Counted from the whole stretch's first letter, positions 37,233-50,530 are shown. The stretch is 63,463 nucleotides of DNA, filler included, from Parasitella parasitica NRRL 2501 (GCA_025201805.1; 10 parts of 9 records of this genome joined end to end with filler, not necessarily neighbours in it); one strand, 5' to 3'. The notes: generated by a model from the sequence alone, not told the origin. Translations and numbers: made by a program.

Positions 37233-40200
37233 CTCTTGAAGCCTTCAAAGTGATTGGCATCATAGGAAGCAATATTATACTTTTGCAAGTATTTGATTGT
37301 TCTACCATCAACCTTTTCAACACGAGACACACATGCAATAAATGAGAGAAATGAAGGAGACAATTGACGGAAGATGCCAGCAGTACCAGTCTTGACGATG
37401 GATAAAGAAGCATCATGGTAATCATTGTTATCTTGATTTTCACGTGTCTTTAAAACCTTAACAGCAAAATCAAGGCAAGCATCTTTAAGGAAAACCTTGA
37501 TAGCACTAGACACCTCTGTACGAACCTTACCCTCACGAGAAGCAACAAGAAAAGAACCGCCATGAATGAGATGGTGTACAATGAATTTTTTTGCGAAACT
37601 TACGGCAACATCTCTTGCAGAGAAGTGCCTGTTCGTAAGCAAAATTTCTTCACGTATGAACTTGTTAAACTGTTCACCATGTTCGGTTTCAAAATGCACA
37701 GCTAGTCCAAAACGGCGAATGTCATCTTTCAGATGATGCAGAAAATGGGCCTTGGGAGCAGTTGATGCAAAGGGAGGCTCAATCTTGTAACGAGTGCTGA
37801 TACAGTAGTTATCAATCTTCAAACAGATATCACTTAACTCAGTCGTGAGACTATCAACTCTCCACAAATATTCATCCAGATGGTTATGTATACTACGCAT
37901 ATATAGCAAAGAAGACAAAGAACCAATAATTTCGAAACATTTTGTGGTCAAATTGAGGAGAGGGTTAGCTTCAACATTGAGAGTACTTCTCAGACACACA
38001 GGCAAGATTTGGATCAATTGCTTGAAATCACGACCAACAAAGGAGCCATTATGTCTCATAAGAGATCGGAAAGTTCTGGAATATGCTTTGCAACTACGGT
38101 ACTTGGTAAGAGCAGCCTGACGTCTGTTCTTGTCAGAAGTAGAAGAAAGCACATTTTTCCATAGGAAGACAATCATAAATTTGGCAATTCCCAAAGGCAA
38201 AGTGTGGAGCAGCTCAATAGGTGTGTCTGTGGTTGGATCAAAAGCGCACAGTCGCAGAAGATGCTCACTACCATTTTTCTTGNNNNNNNNNNNNNNNNNN
38301 NNNNNNNNNNNNNNNNNNNNNNNNNNNNNNNNNNNNNNNNNNNNNNNNNNNNNNNNNNNNNNNNNNNNNNNNNNNNNNNNNNNNNNNNNNNNNNNNNNNN
38401 NNNNNNNNNNNNNNNNNNNNNNNNNNNNNNNNNNNNNNNNNNNNNNNNNNNNNNNNNNNNNNNNNNNNNNNNNNNNNNNNNNNNNNNNNNNNNNNNNNNN
38501 NNNNNNNNNNNNNNNNNNNNNNNNNNNNNNNNNNNNNNNNNNNNNNNNNNNNNNNNNNNNNNNNNNNNNNNNNNNNNNNNNNNNNNNNNNNNNNNNNNNN
38601 NNNNNNNNNNNNNNNNNNNNNNNNNNNNNNNNNNNNNNNNNNNNNNNNNNNNNNNNNNNNNNNNNNNNNNNNNNNNNNNNNNNNNNNNNNNNNNNNNNNN
38701 NNNNNNNNNNNNNNNNNNNNNNNNNNNNNNNNNNNNNNNNNNNNNNNNNNNNNNNNNNNNNNNNNNNNNNNNNNNNNNNNNNNNNNNNNNNNNNNNNNNN
38801 NNNNNNNNNNNNNNNNNNNNNNNNNNNNNNNNNNNNNNNNNNAGGCTCAGTTTCCCATGCTAGCCTACGTTGAGCGCTTGCATTCTTTTTTGGTCGTGGA
38901 TTTGGGTTGGGAGTATGGCGGATAGTACACTTTCGGCAGTGAAATCTAGAGCCACTTCCACCATGCATTGACAGCTCAGACTGACAATAGTTATCTGCTT
39001 GGATGAATAACAGAGGAGCAACAACAAGAACATACTCGTGATGAACTATGGAATAAACTTCATAGCCGTTTTCAAGAACTAGCAAGTCATCAACCAAAGG
39101 AGGAAGCATATCAATGGCAGACAAATTTTTGTTGGCAGTGCAAATGAAATAGGTATCGTTTTTGGATCCTCTTCTGTTGAAGGAAAGAGCGGCAAGAGTC
39201 ATCAAGTAGCTATCAAATACACTGTATTGTTTAGATAGGTTACCAGACGTATCATCAGTAAAGAGAGTGATAGGAGCCATAACTACTTTCATCAAAGAAC
39301 CATCAGGCTTTCTTCGCTTCAATCTTTCAACATGTTGATATTTGTTTCTCCATAGCTGGTCAATCAAAGAACCGCGAGAACAAGGACGAAATGGAGTGGA
39401 GGCATTGTTGTCGTACAGAACAAAACCAGAGTCGAGAGAAAACGTATAGTCATCATCTTTTCTAAGAATACATGTTACAGATGCAACCAAGACTTCAGCT
39501 TGTTGGCATGAGATAACGAATTTTGAACGAAGTTGCGGGTCAGAAATTACATTATCTGTAAAATATACAGGAAAACCAGTGAAGAACACAGCCGATGAAC
39601 CAGAGATAGTCTTGTGGTAGAATCTGGATACAAGGAAACAGTTGTTGGTACCTGCATAATTCGTATTGACTAAATCGCCAACCCAGATATCGAGAGTTCC
39701 ATTACTATGTATTGGGCTTTGAAACATCTCATTAGTTCGCCATTTTTCACCTTGCTGAAGACAAGTGAGCTCATCTGGAGAGAAATCAGGCATCGATTGC
39801 AGTAATGCCGGAGAATTGACAGGATCAGCCATCAGAAACTCAATGTATTTGGAGGGCTTGTTCATAAAAAGCGTGTGCACCTCACCAGTGTTGTTGTTCT
39901 TGACTTGATGCTCAGACGTAGGGAACTTGGGAATTCTATTTTTCTTACGGCTGTGGTAGTTGAGCAAGTAGTCAACAGCTGGTAGCTTTAAAGAGCTCTC
40001 TGCTTCCTTTAATGCCATGACAACCTTGATGACAAAGTATAGGAGCTTTATCTTTTCCTCCGAGATATTTATTGAGCAACCATCAAAGAAAGCAATCAAA
40101 ACGAATTCGAGCATGTTTCTAAAAGGGTCACAAACGTTCTTAATACCAGCTTCTTCTTCAAGATCATTGTGCAAAGCTTCAGGGATAGAACTATCGATGA

Positions 40201-40785
40201 AGTGATTCATATTAAAATCAGCACGAGAACCATCATTACAATTAAAATTCAATAAGGCTTGCATTCGAGAAAGAATATCAGGATAATCATTGTCATTGGA
40301 AAGGTTTAGATTGACTTCTTCAGTCTCTTCCTCAGGAACAGAACTATCATCAGGAAAGTAGTTATCAAATATCTGGTGAATAGTTTCTTCTTCTGAATGA
40401 GGGCTGAAATTTTGATAGCTTAGTTAGTATGTGAAATTAAACTTCTGCCCTACATATCCTACTTACTTTGTTTCATATACTTCGTTTCTTGAATCTTCTT
40501 CACTTGAGTATTCTTGAATTGAGCAAAATTGAGCTTCATGATGGTTATTGTTCAGGGCGTTAGAATAATTATAGATAGAAGAGCTTTGAGAAGCTTCACT
40601 AGCAGTATTGGGTTTGTTCCTTTGAAGGATCCCGGTGTAAGATCGTGCTCCTTGTTTTGCTGCAAATGCTTTCTTAGGCTGTCAAAGCTGGCATACGACT
40701 TCTTGCAAAGCTCACAGGTAGTTTCTGTGTTCGCTTCCTTATTGAAGTTAATTCTTGTGATATGTTTCTTGTAGTTATTTCCCAT
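37211..40785 (-). CDS. CMC (CACTA/EnSpm/Mirage-like) DDE transposase with N-terminal C2H2 zinc finger; probably 2 introns, internal N gap, 3' truncated
   Basis: CELC...LRKH....EH finger; LFTDDTSGNLSKQY, QADN...CRKC, DTPIELLHTLPLG, GRDFK, PKAHFLHHL..DIRRFG...FETEHGEQFNK.IR. Candidate 5' terminus ...TTTGGGTGTG at 41698 (CACACCC on the minus strand). Confidence 0.75.
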
Positions 40786-41698
40786 ATAATTATTATATAT
40801 TTTATAAGTGGAGGAGAAAAAGATACTTTTGTTCTAAATACTTTTTATATTTTTTTTTCTGCATGAATTTTGCCTTCACGGAGCCTCATTTCTGGGAAAC
40901 GGTATAAAAGGGCATTTTTTTCCTGGCATCAAACTTTCTTTTTTTTTCTTTTTTTATTGTTTCAGTAAAAATGCAAAGCAAAGTAAGTTGGAAACAATTT
41001 TATTTTCTAAAGGTTTTTTTGGAAAGATGATGTGATAATTATAGTCCAAAGTGTTTAAATCATTTTATTTTTAAAATATAGTATTAATATCATTGTATCT
41101 AATTCTCTAATCGTATCCGTATGGATCATAAGCAAAGCTAGACATTCTCTTGGCTTGGTCTCTTCGTGACAATTAGACCCTCTCAAGGTAAGGATACGAA
41201 GATAATCCCGTTGATTCGACGGCTGCCTAATCTTCTTTACAGGAGTTTCTGCATAAACTGCTTTTGTCAAAATTTCGCTACTTGCCTACATTCAAAACAT
41301 CTTTTTCCTAAAAGGCTATCCTGGCCCTGATTTATAGCTACCTACAGAGATTTATATAGTTCATATTCATTATACCATAATTACACCAAGGATTTTTCAA
41401 GACTACATTTTTTGAATAAAAAAGCACCCGATTTTTTTGTACCCGTAAAAAAAACCATTTTCCAATATATTATTTCCAATTTTCTAAAAACCAAAATATT
41501 CCAAAAACCAATATTCCAAAAACCATTTTCTAAAATGACATAATGATGCCTTCATTTTTTTCGATTTAAAATTTTAGTTTATTTGATCTATTTTTAAAAT
41601 TTTTTACACGAATTTCTTCCACCAAAAAAGGCAAAACCTAAATCCATTTGAATTGCCTTATTAGTTCAGTTTCCGACGATAAAAAGTCTTTGGGTGTG

Positions 41699-41855
41699 AT
41701 TTGGGTTCTACTTATTCTAAATTGCGAAGCTCAACTTATCGATGAATGATTCACATTCATAACGATTAGCTGATTAAATATAGAAATAGGTCTTGCTCTG
41801 ACTACTACTGTGTTATAATCTTGTTTGACAATTAAATGTCAAACATGACCTGATT
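41699..41855 (+). repeat. Internal fragment of the 36102/54502 LTR family
   Basis: Reverse complement of 36273-36424 and of the matching part of the 54502 copy. Confidence 0.85.
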
Positions 41856-42036
41856 CACTATGGCCCTATGGGTGTTCTCAGAGAGCAGCTTCGGGCTCAT
41901 GTGAGACGGCTTATGCGCGCATGAGACGGTGTATGCGCTCAAATGAGACGGCTTTGGATGGAAGCAGAAGAAGCAAATTTTAAATGTTGCGAAATTCATT
42001 TTTTTATAAAATAAACATATTTTAAAGATCAAAAGA
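41856..42036 (+). mobile_element. Left end of a CACTA-type element with TGAGACGG subterminal repeats
   Basis: CACTA begins exactly where LTR homology stops. TGAGACGG at 41902, 41922 and 41944. Confidence 0.6.
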
Positions 42037-43359
42037 NNNNNNNNNNNNNNNNNNNNNNNNNNNNNNNNNNNNNNNNNNNNTTAATTAATTAANNNNNNNN
42101 NNNNNNNNNNNNNNNNNNNNNNNNNNNNNNNNNNNNGAAACAACCCATATGTCAATTATAATACACCATTCGAATGCTACAATGCATTCAAACTCGGCTG
42201 TCATAAGTAAAAGTCTAGATCAGAACTATGAGACTTGATATAACTGTTTTTCTTCTTTTTTCCTCTTTTCATCAAGACTTTAGATTGAAATAACTTTTCA
42301 TCCAAACAACCAATTTTCAAAACATAAAATATATTATATTCAACAACATCAAGTTTACTTACCATATAGCTTTGGTGCACCAGATTATAGTTTTCCCCCT
42401 AGTTTAGCCACTTTATATTGTTTGCTGTGTTGCATGCATTTGCTGTTTACGCAAAAATACGGTCACTGTTAGGCGTAATAAAAAATTGGCAGCTCGCCCC
42501 CCATTTTTTTTTGCTGCTTCTCTACTTCTACTACGCTATTATTTTACTATTATTACAGTATATACTATTATCTTTGATTATCTACGTTGCAAACGCATGC
42601 ACTTTGTATTCATTATTGCTGGTATTATACGTTATACTACCTCTTTGATTGTGGGAAAGTCGAGTTTTTTCTTTAAAAACAGTAAATATTATCCACGTTT
42701 TCTAAAAGACGCTAACTAACACTCTCATACGCGTTTTCTATAGAATCTATCACAAGAAAACAATCTACAGGATGGCGTGTTCCTAGTGCAGTAATTCATT
42801 CAGGTATTATTATTTATCATATTTTCGTAAGAGCTTTTTTACTAACTGAAAAATTTTTTTGTTCTACTTTTGTAGTTTGGTTCTCCATGTCAAGTGGATG
42901 GCCTAGCATTGAAGATGGCAGAACCGTTAATAGGATGTGAAAAAAACCGTAAGTTGGGGTGTTACAGAAGCATGTAGGGTGTTTCTACTCATTGACTGTG
43001 CTTACCCTAGCAGTTCTTGAGATGGGCCATTTTATTCAAAGCTGTGAGGTGTGGTAAGGCATTTTTCGGCTATTTAGGGGGGGTATTCATTGAAATTTTA
43101 CCAATTTCTATTTTTGGTCAAATTTTGAGCTCCGCCCTACATCAAAACAGGGGGAAACCCTGTTTTTTTGTTTTTAGGATTTAGGTGTTTACTTAGCCAA
43201 ATTAATCGTAATTTTATAAGAAAAACATAAATAAGGAAAATTGTAAACACAATCAGAAAATACATACAGTAGTATTAACCTTCCCACTTCGCTTGAACGT
43301 AGACAATCAGCATCGCTGTACTTATATTGAAACGTAAAGCCGTTTCACAACAAACATAA

Positions 43360-43656
43360 TGTTGTGTGGCGGGTTGGGTGCTCTCCTCCCATATAGTATA
43401 TGAAGTACACTCTAAGCAGACCACTCCCCCGGTTTTAGTTTACATATATTTATAGTTTACAGTATGAATACAGTAAACGTTACTTTCTGATCCCATTAAC
43501 CGTTAGTTTTAGTTTATCTCAGTTGCTCTATATATACTTCTACGTTGAATACTCATTTAGTTTTCAATCTATATCAGGTAAAATATCGACTCACGTAAGA
43601 ATACAATGTAGTCTTGATCCTTTATTTATGTTATAATACTTTCATATACCCCAACA
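43360..43656. mobile_element. Possible LTR (TGTTG...CAACA)
   Basis: Inverted termini and internal TATA-like runs, but no TSD. Confidence 0.4.
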
Positions 43657-44313
43657 TCGTCCAAACTAGAACATATCCAGGGATGAATTAAAATGATGGG
43701 CTAAGGACGCAGGCAGTGGTTCTCCAAGAAAGAGGGGGTGCCGCTTTGATTTCACTTTTTGGGAAATATCAAATGCAAAAAGAGGAGGAGAAATTGTGGA
43801 TATGGGTTGTTTCAGACCAGCAGAGCGAGAATTCCTGGAGATGGCAGGATTACAAGTAAATTTCTTGATGGATCCAAAAATGGAGCTTGTAGCAAAATGT
43901 GTAGAGAATGTGTTGCATAATTTTTGAACAGAATCATTTTCCAAATTTAGACAAAAAATTGGATAGCGGAGAGAAAGGTGGGGATGTAGCTCAGGCGAAA
44001 ATTTAGGTTGTTTATTAATATGAAATAAGGAATTAATAAAGCAAATGCTATATTGCATTCGATCTTTTGATCATTATTGCAAGCATTGGGATCAAGAACA
44101 ATGTCCGAAAAGAAAAAGGAAGCAAAAGACATCTCAGATCACCAATGACATCTATAGTTCGCAGGATGGTGGAGGGGATGCATATGGCTATTAAGGAAGA
44201 TCAATGACAACAACATGGATGCCCTCGCATCGTGCATAGAAAAAAGAATGTAGCAGTGGAGGGACAAACAGAGGAAGCAAATCACAACCGGTTCACCATA
44301 GATCATGAGAGTA

Positions 44314-44778
44314 TTAGGACGCATGTGAGGCCGGGGAAGCCCACAATTGTCCAGGCGGAGGATCCTTTGTGTAATCCCCATCGGGATTACAGAGTTGGTC
44401 GAAATGCCAAAGAAGAGTACAGAGATCAGTCCACCAGGGTGGACAGTTGGAGGACGAGGGAGAGGTCGGCAACAGATTCAATGCATGGTCGATAATTGTA
44501 CCATGAAAAGAATCTGGTGGTGTTGGCAAGGACGAAATCAAGAGAGGCGGGAGAGAGGGGCATTCGTCAAGATGACGGCGAGAGGTGTGATCCGTGGTGC
44601 AGACACAAGGTCGAGGTTTACCAGGTAGCCAGCCCATGCGGTACCGAACAAGTCGGCTACGGCATGGTCTACTGGCAGGGACATACATGACAGGGTCAAC
44701 ACCAATGGTAGGAAGGCAGGCACGTATCAGGACTTTATCAGTCTTCTCCAGGAACTCGGAATGCCAGTCTTGTCGTTG
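44314..44778 (-). mobile_element. 3' end of a non-LTR retrotransposon ORF (C-terminal Cys/His domain)
   Basis: RSRLVRYRMGWLPGKPRPCVC...TSRRHLDEC...IIDHALNLLP...W..L..LLW is a C-terminal pattern I recognise from Mucorales LINE-like elements. GC-richer than the flanks. Confidence 0.7.
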
Positions 44779-44878
44779 NNNNNNNNNNNNNNNNNNNNNN
44801 NNNNNNNNNNNNNNNNNNNNNNTTAATTAATTAANNNNNNNNNNNNNNNNNNNNNNNNNNNNNNNNNNNNNNNNNNNN

Positions 44879-47870
44879 ACTCATTCCATACAGATGCTAA
44901 ATCAGCGTAATGCTTCAAAGAATCGAGATCCTGAGTCAAACGAGAATAGCATGGAATGGCAGCACGGAAGTACGACATTAAACCCAAGAAAGATGCCAAC
45001 TGACGACCAGTTTTGATAGCCGGCCATTGTGCAATGTTAGTCAGCTTGCGACCATCCGGCAATAATTTGCCTTGAATGACGCTCCAGCCTAACAAGTAAA
45101 TACTACGTTGTGCAAACACTACCTTTGCAGGATTAAGCATCAAATTAGCGTTTGTGAAACGACGTATCACCTCAGACACCAATTCAAAATGGTCTTGTAA
45201 CGAACCATTGCTGCTCAAAATTATGTCGTCCACATAGCATATAGCAGAATATTGGCGATCCGTAGGAAACGATGATGGAGATGAAGATGTTGTTGTATTC
45301 AAATCCGAGAGCAATGTTTGTAATGTACGGACCACCACTGAGCCAACATGGCGAATACCATATGCAGCCTTTTTATGGGTGTATTGCACATTTGTGAATG
45401 GACACGTAAAGCTGACCTTGTGCCTTTGTTGAACATCGAGGCCAAAACTAGTGAAGCAGGCGTGGATATCCAAGCAAGAATGGATCATTTTAGTTCCAAT
45501 ACTTTGATGAATATTAGAAATTAATGGTAATTGTTGTTTGTCATCCACCTCCAAGATAGCATTCAACTTACGCACGTCGCAAACCACACGAGGCTTAGAC
45601 ATACTGTAATTGCCATCTGCGTCTTTCTTTTTAACCACCAACAATGGATGATTGAAGCGAGTATGACTAGCAGATCGTTCAATTACCCCTTCATCGAGCC
45701 ATATCTGAATTTGCTTTGCAACAGCATCTCGATAAGCCTCAGGTAATGGGTATTGTGCTCTCCAAGCAATAGCACCTGGTTTAGTGTCGAGCTTTATAAT
45801 GGAATCAGGCAAATTACACTGTGTATTTTTCATGTCAATTTGCGAGTTCTCATCTAACAATTCCTTCAGTGCAACGATAAAAGGCTCTCTTTCACCATCA
45901 CTACCAAAAGGATCTTCATTTGGCTTAATGGTGTCATCGATAGGATCTGGGATACGAGGACCCGTCTGGAACCCATGTTGACTGACTAAACCAGTAAGTC
46001 CAATACCTAGCTTGGATAATATATCCATGCCAAGCAATACATGCACGTTTTCTTCAGAGTAAAACGAAAATACTTCAAACAAATGGTTTTTATTAAATTT
46101 GTTGTAGCTGATTGATAAGTCTACCGCACCAATTCTTGGAACAGTAGTAACTTCATGAGCCAACTGAACAACACTTTCATCGTTGTTTTCTTGATATGTT
46201 GCAAGAGACGTTCCTCCTAGAAATTGAAAGAACTCGTCAGTTATGCAACTAAAAGTTGCGCCCGTATCTACCAATCCGAAACAAATTATATTCTGAACCA
46301 CAATAGGAACACAAATAGAATTGGTACGCATAGCAGGAGGAGCACTGAATACAGCATTGAACTTACATTGCTGAGCAAAAATGTTTTGCAGCACATCATC
46401 AACAGATACGTTTGACATGCCATTAACAAGAACAGCCTGAGCCCTTTCTGTCAAGTCAGATTCGGCGTCGTATTCATCGTCAGAAGTACCACCATTTGTG
46501 TCATGAATCTCATTCATGACAACATCTTCACCGGCAGCACTTTTTCCTTTCATCACCGAACGTTCCACAGTTGGAGTGGGGTCAGCAATGGACGAAGAAG
46601 CCTTTTTCCTAGTTGACAGGGCCTCATCAACACGAACAGAAAGCAAAGCAGCTTTTACGACAGCATCAATTGTGTTTTTGGGTTTTTTCTTGGTACCCAT
46701 TGCACGTAAAACCTTCCTGCTGCTAGTTGCATCACCAGGACTAACGGTGCGAACAGCAGTAGCACAGCGATGTCCTTTACTGTACGTGCGATTGCACGTA
46801 AAGCAAAGACCGTCAGCAACATGTTGAGCAAATGTTTTGCCAAACTTTGAAAGCTTTGAGTTGCGATCAGACGAAGAAGAAGAAAACGAGGTACCAGCTC
46901 GAGAGTCAGAAGCAGGTGCGTACCGAGATTTCTTTGCTTCATACGAAACCGGAATATTCTCAGCACTGCGTTTGCTTCCAGCTGTCGCATTGCTTGGCTT
47001 CACCGTCTTTTCAGCCATGTCCAATCGTCTTGCCACAGCAGAGACGTAATCGATGTCATAAAATGACGATTCTTGAGCTTGACTCATCGCCACCATGATT
47101 AGCCTAGAGATCGACTCTGAAAAAGCATCAAAGAAGACCTTGGCCACGACGTACTTATCCTTGATACCCGACTTGGCTTTCAAATTCTTGAAGCGCTCAA
47201 GAAAGCTATCGACAGATTCAGTGTCGTTTTTAGCACAATTCAAGAACTCTCTGATTCTTTCGAATCTAAGTTGTTCCTTGGGTGCACCATATCGACCAAT
47301 AATAGCCGACTTGAGAGCGTTCCAATATACCGTAGTAGTACCAGATGCATTCAAGTATTCGTTCAACCAATCTCGAAGATCGTTGCTCAAACAGCGTGGG
47401 AGAAGTCGATACCAATGTTGGTTGAAGTCAAGAGTATGGCTACTCAAGACGTCTTCAAATCGTCGAAGACATTCTTCCACATCAGCAAAGACTTCGCGTT
47501 TCTCATCTCTGACAAACCCTGTCCATTGGAAAAGTGGTAAACCACTAGGCACAACAGACCCACTAAAATTAATAGGATGATGTTCAGCAGCATCAGAGCT
47601 ATTCAATCTTTCACCAGAAACCTTAGAAGCAATTTCTTCCAAAGTATCCAAATCAGATTGTTTCTGCTTCAAAGATACCACTAACGAATCGGTTACATCC
47701 CGAGAAATTGTTTTGTCCATAGAGCTTTTTGCAACCCTAACAGCCAAAGACCTGACCTCCACTCGAAGTTGCTGGAGAGCATCTTCGAACGAAAGATCTT
47801 CCTCCCTTGTTTCCAAAGCAGTTGGTCGTTTTTCACGATCAATATCCATATCAAAAGATTGAGTAGACAT
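44879..47870 (-). CDS. Ty3/Gypsy gag-pol (gag, Zn knuckle, protease, RT), cut by the contig end
   Basis: CFTCNRTYSKGHRC, LVDTGAT, LLGMDIL, RVVCDVRKLN, YVDD, FLGLMSYFR, all in one frame. Confidence 0.93.
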
Positions 47871-48289
47871 AGTAACAGGTANNNNNNNNNNNNNNNNNNN
47901 NNNNNNNNNNNNNNNNNNNNNNNNNTTAATTAATTAANNNNNNNNNNNNNNNNNNNNNNNNNNNNNNNNNNNNNNNNNNNNATAAAAAATGTCTATCAAT
48001 GGTTCAGTAGATGAACAGTATCAGCAGTATATTTTTTTTTTGATTACGAATCATCCCGTAGTGATTGATATATAGGCAAAATTACTGATGTTTTACCAGT
48101 GATTGATTTATCAATGCTGCTAATTGCTAATCGCAAGCGATTATCGTATTTATCACTGGTCATGAATTTAGTCTTTGTGATAAAAGCATCACTAGTGATA
48201 AAATGGTTTATCACCAGTCATCCAGTAATACACCTAATCACTAGTCATTAGAACTGATGATAAATGTGAAAAAAAATAGCACTGAAGTT

Positions 48290-48551
48290 AGCCATGGTGT
48301 CAGCCTATTGATTGAAAGCAGAGGATATAAACGTATCCACCTTCTCCCGTATTCACCTGAGCTCAATCCTATTGAACACTTATGAGCAGCTGTAAAAGGG
48401 GAGGTAAGACGTAGCCAATTTGGGAATACTGAAGATCTAAAAACAAGAATTGTTGAGGCATGCGATCAAGCTTCCAGAAAACACTTATTAATACTTTTGA
48501 AGATTGTCTGAATGAACAGCCAATATAAGCACTTTTCATAATAAAAGTACG
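48290..48551 (+). pseudogene. Tc1/IS630-like (DDE_3) transposase 3' fragment with right terminus
   Basis: LIESRGYKRIHLLPYSPELNPIEHL*...FGNTEDLKTRI has an in-frame stop and is similar to the 56128 ORF. It ends CACTTTTCATAATAAAAGTACG|TA. Confidence 0.8.
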
Positions 48552-48702
48552 TAAAAATATAGCAAAGAATTGTGCAATTGATCTTAGTTTTCGCGTGAAT
48601 TAGATATTTAGACATGAAAATATAAGATATAATTTAATATGAGATATAGAATGTAGGAATGAAAGAGGGGAGATATATCATAAAGGGGGAGGGGGAGAAA
48701 CA

Positions 48703-50321
48703 TTACACTAAAGAAAAAGAAGGGATTCTTTTCTTGCGACGTTTAGGGTTTATAGTTTCCATAGTTAAAGTTGGGTCGTCTTCCAGTGCTCTAACGTTAA
48801 TGTAACAAGGCTCCAGTTGGTGATCATACAATAAGAATAGTCTTTTCAGATCGTCTATCTTCTGCAAAAGACCACCAGTTTCTGTAATTTCCTTTGGGAC
48901 ATCAATTGTTAATATTTCAACCATTTGTGTGATGCCATCGGAATGCTCGGATACCAAGTAAAAAACCATCGTATAGCCAACACATTGGATAACAAGTACC
49001 TTTCGGTTTGATTTTCTTAACATGAGAGAGCGAGCAAAGGTACCCAAGCGAACCAAGTCTATAAAAGCTAATTCTGGATTGGATTGGACATCTAATGGCT
49101 TTACTTCTACATAGCCTAATGTTACATTTTCTGCTTTTTGTGGTAACGCCAGCATCGTTGCATCTGGCCTGCATACTGTTGTGTTGTCATCTTTACGGTT
49201 TAGCCATACGAGGTGTTTGTTGGAATCAGGGCAATGGAATACATGGGAGAGGATAGGATCCAAGAAATTAACCGTTAGCTCCATTTCTCCAACAGGAGAA
49301 AGCCGCTGAAAGTTGGGTAACTTGGTCACCAAATTGACAAACATCTCGATAATTATGCCATCCTCTTTGGTTGCTTTTTCGTATAATCTATTTAATTCGA
49401 TCTTTAGAGCTCGTCTGTCAGTTCTGTCATTTATATCACGAAGCAATGTGGCTAGTTCCAAGTAAACTTTAGTGTCAACTTTAACATCTCTGTTGATTGC
49501 GTCTGATTGAATATTGTTGAGGAGGGATTCAGCATCAATATATCTGACAAGTTCTGAACAGAATTGCCCTTTCTTCAGGAGGATAATACCCTTACTTGCT
49601 AGTACTTGATGAATTTCAGTTTGCAAGTTAAATCCATGCTTATTTGCTTTGTCTTTGCAAATCTCAATGTATTTGTTCAATTTTGCTTTAGTTGTGCTTG
49701 GAGCAGACAAAGAAGGCGAGATTGAAGATGGGTCATTAAGATCACAACCAGCAGATGAGGATGAGGCATACGATTCATTATTAGTACATGGAGACCAGAC
49801 ATAACTTTCATTTGAAGACGAGGACGAAGGAGTGGAAAGACCAGCAGGTGCAGTCTACATTATTAGAAGTGGTTTTGATCAGTACAACTTTTTGTAAATG
49901 TTTTGCTAATACTATACCTTCGGCGCCAATTTCAATCTTATTATGAGTTTTTTTGTTGTGGTGTTAATTGTTTCATTTAATACTCTCGCTCCATTCTTCA
50001 TAGTCGACTTTTGCAATTCGGATTGAGTAAATAAGTAACTCAAGTCTGGGATTGTTTTAGACTTGTAATTTGCTTTTGTAGATTCCTTGTATACTTTTTT
50101 GAACTTTCTCATCAAACTATTCATAGCATCTTCGTAAGTGATGTAGGTTTCAAACCAAGTAGTTATGAGCTCTTTATGGTGTTCGTTGTTGTTTACGAAG
50201 CCGTGTAAAGTGGATTTGGATTTGTGTTTCTTGCAGTAGTTTTGAAAGGCTACAAAAAACACTATTATTCAGATGTTTGTATTTAAAACAAATTATGCTT
50301 ACCTTCTGCTAAATCAGCCAT
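48703..50321 (-). CDS. Intact 3-exon gene with a C-terminal PD-(D/E)xK restriction-endonuclease-like domain
   Basis: Exons MADLAE|AFQNYC...APK|TAPAG... splice in frame via GT-AG introns into ORF 48703-49710. Motifs GEMEL..NFLDPIL, RPDA...LGYVEVKP, DLVRLG. Confidence 0.75.
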
Positions 50322-50530
50322 ATTGATAAACGTGAGAAGAAGAAAAAACTAACTGCATGAGATAGATTTTTAAACTGGTATTTCTTTGATCATGCTTACG
50401 TCGCTTTTTCCTGCAACTCTAAGAGGTGCTTGAAAAAAACTCGCGATAAATGTATAATTTACATCACCCCGCTCTTCGTTATTGTATTTCTTTTGATATC
50501 TGATAACACAAGGCTCAATGTAATGTCGAA

